From: Candidatus Bathyarchaeota archaeon
GTDB taxonomy: Archaea > Thermoproteota > Bathyarchaeia > Bathyarchaeales > Bathycorpusculaceae
Length of the DNA: 64,000 nucleotides
Direction: 5' to 3'
Assembly (NCBI GenBank): GCA_963733095.1
Contig: CAVTBV010000013.1
Span: forward strand, 160,001 to 224,000
Shown here one piece after another: positions 1-8,911 of the stretch (position 1 is the first letter of the stretch; each line of letters begins with the position of its first letter). The notes under the pieces are model-generated. The model ran no database searches and had not been told where the DNA came from. It worked only from the letters and a program-made list of their open reading frames with translations. Both the position numbers and the translations under genes were made by a program.

Positions 1-1240
1 TCCTATAATTTAGTAAATACTCAAAAATTTCGCTTTTACTTTCAGGCAATTTGTTTTCATTTTGCTCAAATAACTTTACAAGACGTACTAAGTAAAATGG
101 TATCTTCAATAAAGCACCAAGGTAGCCGTTTTGAACAGCATCAAAAAAAACTTCTGCCTTTTTTTCGAGTACCGTTCCGACATATCTTTGTATTTCTTGA
201 TAATCTAAATCGAGAAGGACATAAGACAAGAAACCATTTATTGTTCCTGATTCTTCACCTTTTTCTTGATTATAAAAATTATTTCGACTCGAAATAAGTA
301 TTTTACAAAATTGATGCTGTTCCGCAAATAATTCTATTTTTCGAACTGCATCATTTTTATTTTTAGCTTCGATTTCATCTAAGCCGTCAAGGATAACCAG
401 AATTCTATTTTCAGGGTTTGTTGTCCAACCATCTCCAAGTAATTCAGAAATATCTTGATTTACATATTTGTTTAATGGTAAAAAGAATGGAACTAAGGGT
501 GAATCAGTCATTGAAAAGAACCCTTCTATTCTTCTCAGCTCCGTTGTTTTTCCTATTCCCGCGTCACCCAACAGAACTATTCTATTTTGCTTTTCAACAA
601 TATCAGGAAGATCTCCGGATTCACTAGGCAGAAATAATCCAAAAGAGTTGTAGTCTTTTGTAGACACGACTTTTCTTTGAAGATAATTTTTATTTTCTTC
701 CTTTGGCTTTCCAAAATGAACACTAGTCAATGAGAACCAATTTACTATTTTGTAACTAATATCTTGGTGAATTTTCTTCCTAAATTCCTTCGCTTCGAAA
801 TCTTTGTAAAGTCCTAACGGTTTGAGTTTTTCCTTAAATTTCTTTACTGCAAAAATTTGTTCCGTATCATCCTCTGGGGAATCATTAGTTTTGAAATATA
901 CGCTAATCAATGGCTTTCTTGTGTTATTATAACGATTGAATGCCCTGTCAAACTCTTCTTCAGTCGGTGTGAGCCCATTCGCTTGTTTTATTCCGAAATG
1001 TTTCCATAAAATACCAATGTAAATGTCATAATCGTCCCTGATTTGCTTATTTATTACTGACTGTGCTCCTTCTCCCGTTATTAGAGAAACAGTGTTTTGC
1101 TTCCATTCAACAATATCAAAAATATATCGAGATGAGAATGTACTCTCTATTTTTTTGCATTCTTCAATTGCAATTAGTTTTTCCTTTTCAACATCTTCTG
1201 GGTAAGAAATAAATATTCTAATTAGCGTTTTAGGGAGCAC
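1..1240 (-). CDS. DUF4062-like N-terminal domain + NACHT/STAND NTPase; runs off the left edge; absent from the ORF track
   Basis: Manual translation from GTG at 1240 stays open to the window edge: MLPKTLIRIFISYPEDVEKEK...YDIYIGILWKHFG...GLTPTEEEFDRA (DUF4062-like), Walker A LLGDAGIGKTT, Walker B ILVILDGLDE, ILISSR. AT-rich. Confidence 0.85.
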   Translation of the reverse strand, partial: MLPKTLIRIFISYPEDVEKEKLIAIEECKKIESTFSSRYIFDIVEWKQNTVSLITGEGAQSVINKQIRDDYDIYIGILWKHFGIKQANGLTPTEEEFDRAFNRYNNTRKPLISVYFKTNDSPEDDTEQIFAVKKFKEKLKPLGLYKDFEAKEFRKKIHQDISYKIVNWFSLTSVHFGKPKEENKNYLQRKVVSTKDYNSFGLFLPSESGDLPDIVEKQNRIVLLGDAGIGKTTELRRIEGFFSMTDSPLVPFFLPLNKYVNQDISELLGDGWTTNPENRILVILDGLDEIEAKNKNDAVRKIELFAEQHQFCKILISSRNNFYNQEKGEESGTINGFLSYVLLDLDYQEIQRYVGTVLEKKAEVFFDAVQNGYLGALLKIPFYLVRLVKLFEQNENKLPESKSEIFEYLLNYR

Positions 1241-1478
1241 TAATATCTCTTCAAGTCTTTAATTAGACGAATTTTAACTTAAAAAGTATCCCATACTAAA
1301 CTTGATATGCTGAATTTGTTAAGTTTGATTAAAACATTGAGATTACCGTTAGAAGAAACAACAAGGCGCTTCTTCTTTCTAACTCTAAAATTGCTTGTTT
1401 TTAGAACTTTTTAGCCGTCATTCCTATAAAGGCGCATCCGGACAACGGACACGTATAATTCGTGGAGGTCAAAAAAAA

Positions 1479-1760
1479 ATGGTTGGAGAAATAAACACAA
1501 TAATCGAATTAAACCCTGAATTGGCAAATTTAGCATATGAAATAGGTTTAAATCCATCTAAAATATGCGAAAGTGCCATAAAATTGGCAATACGGCGTCT
1601 AAAGGGCTTAAATGTTGAGAAATTGATGGTGGACGAGGCGGGATTTGAACCCGCGACCTCCACGATGCCAACGTGGCGATCATGCCAGACTGATCTACTC
1701 GCCCAAACTATCTGGCTTCTACATTCTAATTCGGCTCGTTTAATAAGCGTTTCTTATTGA
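1479..1760 (+). pseudogene. Probable int(N) fragment of an SSV-type tyrosine integrase, reading antisense into tRNA-Ala
   Basis: GGAGG SD at 1464-1468 and ATG at 1479. MVGEINTIIELNPELANLAYEIGLNPSKICESAIK (RHH/CcdA-like) is followed by VDEAGFEPAT, encoded by the tRNA complement. Confidence 0.55.
1627..1704 (-). tRNA. tRNA-Ala(GGC), CCA encoded
   Basis: GGGCGAGTAGATCAGTCTGGCATGATCG-CCACG-TTGGCAT-CGTGG-AGGTC-GCGGGTTCAAATCCCGC-CTCGTCC-ACCA forms a cloverleaf. Confidence 0.97.
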
Positions 1761-2134
1761 GGGATTTCGTTTATTATTGGGGTTTCCAACGTTGGACTTT
1801 GGGGTTCATCGGGTTGCTGGCTAAACGGTGTGCCTCAGTAGCACTTGTTTTAGGGCGCCTCCAATAATTCTACTTCTAATCCACGATAATCCAAGTAGCT
1901 TTCCAAGAGTTCTTTATAGATCTTAACTCCAGAAATGATGCCAGATAACCTCAGTATCTCGCCTTGTCCAAGCCTGGTGTTTCCAGCCCCCCCAACGTGG
2001 CACAAAGCTTCTTTAATTCTTCTTCGATGCTGGGTAATTCTTTGGGGATTTCTAGTGTGGTAGAACACTCATGAAAGACAAGCCATCGAAGTACCGAAGG
2101 CACCTAAGACTTACCCTAAACCAGCAAATCACCT

Positions 2135-3178
2135 CTATCCATTTAAAGACTTAAGCTTTTTGGCATACCTCACCTCATCAACCGACTCATACGGCTCCTT
2201 TCTAGTCAACATAAACCAAATAATCTTTAGCATCTTATTCGCAACAGCAACCACCGCCTTCTGATCACCACGCCGCTTAGCAACACGCTCATAGAAAGCC
2301 TTCATCCTTGGATCAAACACAGACCCAACCCTAGCAGACTCAACCATAATCCACCTAAGCATAGTGCTGCCCTGCTTTGTAATATTGCCATGATATTCGA
2401 TATCGCCTGACTGATGCAAAGACGGTGCAAGTCCAGCCCAAGAAACAAGCTTCTTATAATCGCTAAACCGCTCAATACTGCCAATCTCTGACTTAATCAG
2501 CAAAGCACTATACACGTTAATTCCCTTCAAACTCAACAGTAGCCTAACGTCACTATCAAAAGAAGCCCTCGACGTAATCTCCGCATCCACACGCTCTATC
2601 TGCAAATCCAGGTTCTCCAAATGCATCAAATAGTTATCCAGCATCAACCGATCAAGCCCAGACAACTCCAAAGACTTCAACCACTGTATTCCCGCTTTGC
2701 CAAACAAATCACTAAATTCATGTTTGAGGCCATTTCGATCAATCAAAGCATGAGCCTTATTCTTCACCATCGTACGCAACTTAACAATTGATAATCGATG
2801 ACGTACTAAGCTTCGTATTTCTCTCATTTCTTTAGGCGGAACATAGCACTCTGGAATCAAATCAGTCCTCAAAAGATGCGCCAGAATCCTAGCATCAACC
2901 TTATCACTCTTAATTCTAGCTGAAGCTATCGCTTTAGTTCTCAACGGATTCGCCAACACCACAGGAATATGCAGCTCATCTAATTGATTGTATAGGTCCA
3001 GCCAATAAGGTCCAGTGGACTCCATTACAACCTTATCATCCATCGACAGCAGCAGAGTTAGGCTAGCTATTCCATCGGAATTGTTGTTGAAATCAAGCTC
3101 TTTTACGATTCTTCCTTGAGGGTTCATTATTGCTGCTCGGCACTTTTTCTTTCCAATATCTACTCCTACATACTTCAT
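2135..3178 (-). CDS. IS110 family transposase (DEDD RuvC-like bridge recombinase)
   Basis: GVDIGKK, VMESTG, KSDKVDA (DEDD) and C-terminal GLAPSLHQSGD serine motif. Likely start is ATG 3178. Confidence 0.96.
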   Translation of the reverse strand: MKYVGVDIGKKKCRAAIMNPQGRIVKELDFNNNSDGIASLTLLLSMDDKVVMESTGPYWLDLYNQLDELHIPVVLANPLRTKAIASARIKSDKVDARILAHLLRTDLIPECYVPPKEMREIRSLVRHRLSIVKLRTMVKNKAHALIDRNGLKHEFSDLFGKAGIQWLKSLELSGLDRLMLDNYLMHLENLDLQIERVDAEITSRASFDSDVRLLLSLKGINVYSALLIKSEIGSIERFSDYKKLVSWAGLAPSLHQSGDIEYHGNITKQGSTMLRWIMVESARVGSVFDPRMKAFYERVAKRRGDQKAVVAVANKMLKIIWFMLTRKEPYESVDEVRYAKKLKSLNG

Positions 3179-3184
3179 TTCTAG

Positions 3185-3325
3185 TTTCCTGCTGGTTTCA
3201 GGCTGCATTCACTCATACGGGCGTTTGGCCCAGTTCTTTAGCAGCTCAGGATTCGCCCAGTCAACAACGCGGTCGCAAAGACCATGTTCTACCACGGGCT
3301 AACCAGCCAGTACAAGTTGGCAGAA
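3185..3325 (-). ncRNA. Predicted IS110 bridge RNA (target-binding loop 3255-3299, donor-binding loop 3202-3245)
   Basis: Two stem/internal-loop/stem units whose loop strands match the flanks and the element ends. Transcript ends are approximate. Confidence 0.8.
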
Positions 3326-3700
3326 GTCTTTCATAAAGTCAACAACAATTGGAATTTTTTGGGTGTTGTTGTTCTTTCAGAAGTCCTATTTTTATGAGTT
3401 TTGGCGAACCGCTTCTTCAGTGTATTCTCCGTTAAAGCTGAAGGGTAAGACGCCAAGATCAGTGGTTCCATACTTGTACCAGTCTTGAAGTTTATGCTCG
3501 TCGTCTGCAGGCCATTGCTTCCCTTTTGGCATGTTTTTTGCCCCACAAATAATCCAACTATTGTGCCGCTTGTCATGTCTGAACCTGAGCTTTGTCCTAC
3601 TGATGCTTCGCCCAACTCTTTTTTCGGTGATTTGTGGTCCTAACTCTTTTTCTAATCTCTCTCAAAATTATTTGTTTTGTAGGTCAATTTACCGTTTAGC

Positions 3701-6700
3701 TCATTGGGGGGGCAAACGTATACTGAATTTTGTTCCTTTTCCTACTTGGCTTTCAAAAGCTACCGTGCCGCCTAAAGCTTCAGTCATACGCTTAATTACG
3801 GCTAAACCAAATCCCTGACCTTTAGCTTTAGTCGTGAACATTGGCGTGAATAATTTGTTTTTCACGCTTTCAGGTATGCCAACGCCTGTGTCTTCTACTG
3901 TTATGACCGAATCATGTTTTTTCTTGTCTCTGAAAGCATGTATCGTTAATTGGCCGCCTTCCGGCATTGCTTGAACCGCATTATTAACCAAATTGAACAT
4001 AATACGATTAATGAAACAAGAGTCAGCCATAATTTTCCTAGCATCAGTTTCCACTGCGACACTTATGCTAACATTCTCAGGCCAACCGTTCTTTGCTATC
4101 AACTCATCCACTACTAGCTTAAGGTCGGTTTCCTCAACTCGAGGGCTAAGTGGTCTGGCAAAATCTTGCAAATCCTGAACGATCTTGTTGATGTAAGTGA
4201 CGTTCTTTTCAATCTCGCTCAAACTTTCTAAAGTATTCTTTTTCTCTTCGCTCTCAGGCGTCAAAGCCAACTCTGCCTTGGCCAAATAGACATCGCTAGT
4301 TATAGCCTGTAAAGGGTTTCGAATATCATGACCAACCATCCCGGCAGTCGTTCCGATGGCGGCTAAACGTTCAGAATCTCTAAGCTGGATTGTTCGCTCT
4401 TCGACCAGCTTTTCTAAATTTCCACTATATTCTTTGAGCTTATCTTGTATTGCCTTGCGTTCGGTAATATCCATGAATAAAGACGCAAACATCCCTTTAT
4501 TTGGACTAAAAGAATAAACTTCGTAATATCGACGGGTGTTTTGGTTATAACTTTCAAAATGAGCGGGTTCACCAGTCAACGCGACATTACAATAAGCTTG
4601 GACCCAACTATCCTCAAGCCCGGGAAGAGCCTGTTTTATCGTTTTCCCCATCAGTTCAGTTAGCTTAAGACCTGTTTGCTTCTCAAAAGCATTATTTGCT
4701 TCAATTATGCGAAAATCAACAGGAATTCCTTTACTATCAAGGATTGGTTCACCTAAAAAGAAGGCTTCGTCCATATTAGCAAAAAGGGTACGATATCGCA
4801 GCTCGCTGTCACGCAGAGCCGATTCTATTTTTTTGCGTTCAGTATTGTCTGTGAAGGTTAAAACAGCGCCATCAATTCTTTTCTCTTCACTTAAATACGG
4901 ACGGATTCTAATTTCACATAGTCTGTCTCCACTGAGTGCAACTTCTCGATCGACAGCCTTTAGTTTAGTGATCGAATCCAGAATTGCGCCTTCTAAATCT
5001 GCACCCTGAACACCTATGTTTACTTTAGTTATTGGCTGCCCCACATCGGATGGAGAAATTTTCAAGTAACTTTGAGCAGAAGATGTAAACCGCCTAATCT
5101 TCAGGTCGTTATCTACAATAACCACTGGCAAATCAATATTTGTTTGCAGATTAGCTAAGTCATCATTTAGGCGTCCAAGCGCCAAATTTCGGTTCTTGAG
5201 CTCCTCATTAAGTGTCTGTAGTTCCTCGTTTCCAGACTGCAGCTCCTCTTTTGCCGTTTCCAACTCTTCATTGGTGCTCTGTAATTCTTCATTGCTGGAT
5301 TGCGCTTCCTCCATGGTTGATCGCAATTCTTCATTTGTTGCTTCTTGCACTTCAATAATGGTCTGCAAAGACTGCTTGGTTGACTCCAATTCCCCTTTAA
5401 GATCATTAATTTGTCCATCTTTGATGGACTTCTTTTCGCCAGGTATTTTTGTAGTTTCAGTTTCCTGAGATAAATTATAAAGTTGTATTGTGGGTTCTTG
5501 GAATGTTACAATGAAAAAGGGTTCTTCATAATCCGTTGTTTTCAAGGGTTTAACTTGGATAATTACGGTTTTCTGTTCCCCGTCGCTTTTGAACTGAATG
5601 GTTTCTTTTTGAGTTTTGTTTTCTTTTCTTGCTAAGTAAACTGAAGTTTGAACGTTGGTCCTCAATTCTTTGCGAACCATTTTTGTCACATTTAAGCTTG
5701 CGGTTCCTGATTCATGCCTTAGGTATGGGTTAACTTGTCCGCGGAAAAAAAGAATATCCAAATTATTACTTACAAGTAGAGTTGCGGGAACATACTCAGC
5801 CATTAATAGACGGTCGACATCTTCTTTGAGCGAAACCATAGAATTGGGCTTCTCAGATTGCTTTTCCAGTTTTTTTTGGAAACTGTAGGGAACAAATGTT
5901 TCTGGATGCGAAAAGGCCTGGGGCTGGGATCGTTTCTTTTTGTAGATTAAACCTTTGGTGGTGACTGGTTCGAATAGGTAACTGAATTTGCCTATGCTCT
6001 CCGATTCGCCTAAAACAAGAAAACCGTTAGACTTCAACCCATAATGAAAGATTGGAAAGACTCTTTCATGCAGCAAAGAATCAAAGTAAATCAAAACATT
6101 GCGGCACATTATCAGGTCTAGGTTGGAGAAGGGTGGATCGCTTGTTATGTCCTGCTTTGCGAATATGCACATGTCGCGGATTAGTTTGGTTATATGGTAG
6201 TTTCCATTTTGCATGCTAAAGAAACGTTTCAGTTTGCTCTCAGAAATATTTTCTTCTATGGTTTTGGGGTATATTCCTTGGCGAGCTTTGTCTATGTTTT
6301 TTTCATTTGCGTCAGTGCCAAAAATTTGAACCCGAATTTCGGGTTTGGCTTTTTCTTCTAAGAATTCCTGAACTGCTATAGCAATGGAGTAGACTTCTTC
6401 ACCCGTTGAACAACCTGGAACCCAAACTCTAATAGATTCATTAGCCACGCGGTTTTTGATCAGCTCGGGAAAGACTTTTTCTTCTAAAGCCTTGAAGGTT
6501 TTTGGTTCTCTAAAGAAACTTGTAACCCCTATGAGAAGGTCATCAAACAACGCAAGGATCTCGTTTGGGTGGGTTCGTAGAAATGCCACGTATTCTTTGT
6601 TGTTTTCTATTTTGTTTATTACCCTGCGTCGTGTGATACGCCGGTTTATAGTTGTTTCTTTATAGTGGGTAAAATCAACGCCGTATGAGGCCTTAAGCAT

Positions 6701-7357
6701 CATGAGGATTCTTTTAAGGTCAGTTTCACCTTTAGCTTTCTGTAGAGCTTCTGAAGGGGGAAGCGCGAGTTGGGGGTTCCTGGCGAGTCTAACTAATTCT
6801 TTTGCTATGTTTTCGGGAGAGAGAATAAAATATGCTGTTTCAGCATTTATGGCGTTTTTGGGCATGTCGGGGTATTGAGCTGTCTCGGGGTCTTGAACGA
6901 AAGTTATGCCTCCTTCAACTTTGATTGCTTTTAGTCCTTCGGTTCCATCATTTCCCGTTCCTGAGAGTACGATTCCGATTGCTTGGGTTTTTCGCTCTGA
7001 GGATAAGGAAATCATGAAGTCGTTGATTGGTTTGAGAGCTTCACCTTTAGGAACAAGTTTAAGGAGACCTTTTTTTAGGGTCATAGTTGTTGCTGGGGGG
7101 ATGACATAAACTTGGTTCTTTTCAACTTTCATTCCAACGGTGACTTGTAGAACCTTCATTTGGGTGGATCTGGAGAGGATTTCTGGAAGCATGCTTTCTT
7201 GTCCTGGGGCTAAATGTTGGATGACAACAAACGCCATACCTGTATCTATGGGCAAGGTTTCTAGCAGTTTCCTGATGGGATCTAATCCGCCTGCAGAAGC
7301 TCCAATCCCAACAATCGGAAACTCGTTTACAGCTCTGGTTTCAGAAACGCTTTCTAT
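3701..7357 (-). CDS. CheB-CheR-coiled coil-PAS-PAS histidine kinase fusion
   Basis: FPIVGIGASAGG, IQHL, SGTGNDG (CheB); WVPGCSTGEEVYS, CRNVLIYF (CheR); GHDIRNPL and GQGFGL (kinase). The frame is open upstream of 7255 to ATA at 7357. Confidence 0.92.
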   Translation of the reverse strand: MESVSETRAVNEFPIVGIGASAGGLDPIRKLLETLPIDTGMAFVVIQHLAPGQESMLPEILSRSTQMKVLQVTVGMKVEKNQVYVIPPATTMTLKKGLLKLVPKGEALKPINDFMISLSSERKTQAIGIVLSGTGNDGTEGLKAIKVEGGITFVQDPETAQYPDMPKNAINAETAYFILSPENIAKELVRLARNPQLALPPSEALQKAKGETDLKRILMMLKASYGVDFTHYKETTINRRITRRRVINKIENNKEYVAFLRTHPNEILALFDDLLIGVTSFFREPKTFKALEEKVFPELIKNRVANESIRVWVPGCSTGEEVYSIAIAVQEFLEEKAKPEIRVQIFGTDANEKNIDKARQGIYPKTIEENISESKLKRFFSMQNGNYHITKLIRDMCIFAKQDITSDPPFSNLDLIMCRNVLIYFDSLLHERVFPIFHYGLKSNGFLVLGESESIGKFSYLFEPVTTKGLIYKKKRSQPQAFSHPETFVPYSFQKKLEKQSEKPNSMVSLKEDVDRLLMAEYVPATLLVSNNLDILFFRGQVNPYLRHESGTASLNVTKMVRKELRTNVQTSVYLARKENKTQKETIQFKSDGEQKTVIIQVKPLKTTDYEEPFFIVTFQEPTIQLYNLSQETETTKIPGEKKSIKDGQINDLKGELESTKQSLQTIIEVQEATNEELRSTMEEAQSSNEELQSTNEELETAKEELQSGNEELQTLNEELKNRNLALGRLNDDLANLQTNIDLPVVIVDNDLKIRRFTSSAQSYLKISPSDVGQPITKVNIGVQGADLEGAILDSITKLKAVDREVALSGDRLCEIRIRPYLSEEKRIDGAVLTFTDNTERKKIESALRDSELRYRTLFANMDEAFFLGEPILDSKGIPVDFRIIEANNAFEKQTGLKLTELMGKTIKQALPGLEDSWVQAYCNVALTGEPAHFESYNQNTRRYYEVYSFSPNKGMFASLFMDITERKAIQDKLKEYSGNLEKLVEERTIQLRDSERLAAIGTTAGMVGHDIRNPLQAITSDVYLAKAELALTPESEEKKNTLESLSEIEKNVTYINKIVQDLQDFARPLSPRVEETDLKLVVDELIAKNGWPENVSISVAVETDARKIMADSCFINRIMFNLVNNAVQAMPEGGQLTIHAFRDKKKHDSVITVEDTGVGIPESVKNKLFTPMFTTKAKGQGFGLAVIKRMTEALGGTVAFESQVGKGTKFSIRLPPQ

Positions 7358-7553
7358 GTTTATACCCCTTTTATGTCTTTACTTGTAAACCATATGTAAT
7401 AAATCTGAACAATCTTAACTAAAATGGATGTGCAAGCATAATTTAAAGCTTCAATATCAATTGAAGGTAAAAAGCAGAATTTTTCAGGCAAAAACTTTCC
7501 AGATGCCTGCAAACGTTGAACACGTAAATAATGAATGTTGGCAAGATCGTTTG

Positions 7554-8558
7554 TTAAGGTACTAGTATTGCTCTCCCCACGATCTTACCCTGCTTAAGCT
7601 TGATTAATACATCCTCAGCATCGCCAAGTCTATACGACGTATAATCCACCCTTACCTTGCCCATAGATGCCAACTTCAAGGTCTCATTCATCTCCTTTCT
7701 GGTGCCTATGAAACTTCCAATAACCGAGTACTCTTCTGGAAAACTAATGTGAGTATTCCCAATAATGCCCATGAGGACAATTCCGCCGCGCTTAACTATT
7801 CGTAATGCTTGCTCAACGGCTCTCTGGGATGGTGCATGGACCATAACTACCTCTGGCCTGCCCGTATTCAGAATGTAATCGTCAAGTTCCATTGGAGTTA
7901 AGGCATGGTCAGCACCGATATCTTGGGCCAACTTTAGCTTTTCCTCAGAAGTGTCGATGGCGATAGTTTCTGCCCCCGCTAACTTGGCAAACTGTAGCGT
8001 CATATGTCCCACGCCGCCGATGCCTATGATGGCAACTTTTTGGCCAATCCGCACCTTCGCCCTCTTAACCGCATGGTATGCCGTGATACCGGGGCAAAAC
8101 AGCGACGCACTCTCCTCAAACCCCAAGTTATCGGGCAAATGATAAACAAAAGCAGCAGGCGCAACCATGAACTCAGCAAATCCTCCATCAACGACTTCAC
8201 CAGTGGTTAGCCTTTTTACACAGAGATTTTCTCTTCCACTCAGACAAAACTCGCAAGTTCCATCAGTCTTCCAAAGTACCTGTACACCCACCCTATCACC
8301 CCTCTGGAATCCCTCTGCCAAACTGCCAACTTCCACAATTTCACCAGTGACTTCGTGTCCTGGAATGATGGGTAGTTTAGCTGGGACTCCGAACTGCTTT
8401 AGTTCACCCTCTATCATGTGCAGGTTGCTGTAGCATACACCGCATGCTTTGATTTTGATTAGGACTTGGTCGCTTTCTGGCACGGGGTCTTTGACGGTTG
8501 TGTAGGTTAACGGGTGGTTTTCTATCTTGTCAATTCTTGTGAGTAGTTGGGCTTTCAT
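7554..8558 (-). CDS. Zn-dependent alcohol dehydrogenase (MDR family)
   Basis: CGVCYS, GHEVTG, CEFC...C, GIGGVG. Likely start MKAQLL at ATG 8558. Confidence 0.92.
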   Translation of the reverse strand: MKAQLLTRIDKIENHPLTYTTVKDPVPESDQVLIKIKACGVCYSNLHMIEGELKQFGVPAKLPIIPGHEVTGEIVEVGSLAEGFQRGDRVGVQVLWKTDGTCEFCLSGRENLCVKRLTTGEVVDGGFAEFMVAPAAFVYHLPDNLGFEESASLFCPGITAYHAVKRAKVRIGQKVAIIGIGGVGHMTLQFAKLAGAETIAIDTSEEKLKLAQDIGADHALTPMELDDYILNTGRPEVVMVHAPSQRAVEQALRIVKRGGIVLMGIIGNTHISFPEEYSVIGSFIGTRKEMNETLKLASMGKVRVDYTSYRLGDAEDVLIKLKQGKIVGRAILVP

Positions 8559-8911
8559 ATTGGGTTCCTTGACAATGGTTGCTTGTGCTTTAGGACTCAA
8601 TTTGACGGAATCTAATAAGAATGACTGTTGATGTGCAAATATTTAGTTTATGTCAAGAATCCAAATCCACCTATGTCCTGATGTTTCCATCAAACGAGCA
8701 ATAGGTAATAAAACCCTCTTAGCGACAGATTCACACACTTGATGTGAACATTAAACCTAGTACCGATTCTTCTTATTTCATTTAGCTGCAAATAGTCGCG
8801 GCTGTTTTTTGTGATCTATTTTGGACTTAAATTCTATTTCAACAGTTTTATGCGGCGTATCTTTTTATACGGCAAACGCAAATAGAGAACCCAAGCAAGG
8901 TGCAAAAAGCT

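Larger units (their letters stand above)
2066..3341 (-). mobile_element. Complete IS110-family element with 2-bp core CA/TG at both junctions and 9-bp subterminal inverted repeats
   Basis: Core CA at 2066-2067 and 3340-3341. ATGAAAGAC at 2071-2079 and GTCTTTCAT at 3326-3334. Transposase lies inside. Confidence 0.9.
1850..3532 (-). pseudogene. Small hypothetical gene (MPKGKQW...) split by the IS110 insertion and carrying two frameshifts
   Basis: Removing the IS (keeping one core) rejoins KLIKIGLLKEQQHPKNSN-CCC-STTLEIPKELPSIEEELKK in one frame. Frameshifts near 3402 and 1962. Confidence 0.7.

Noticed and set aside
97-653. Short plus-strand ORFs here, and the many antisense ORFs across the ORF track
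   Set aside because: They are shadows of longer genes with recognisable motifs on the opposite strand or frame.
3179-3208. Longer transposase start (MQPETSRKLE)
   Set aside because: It overlaps the donor-binding stem of the predicted RNA, and IS110 proteins normally begin a few residues before GxD.
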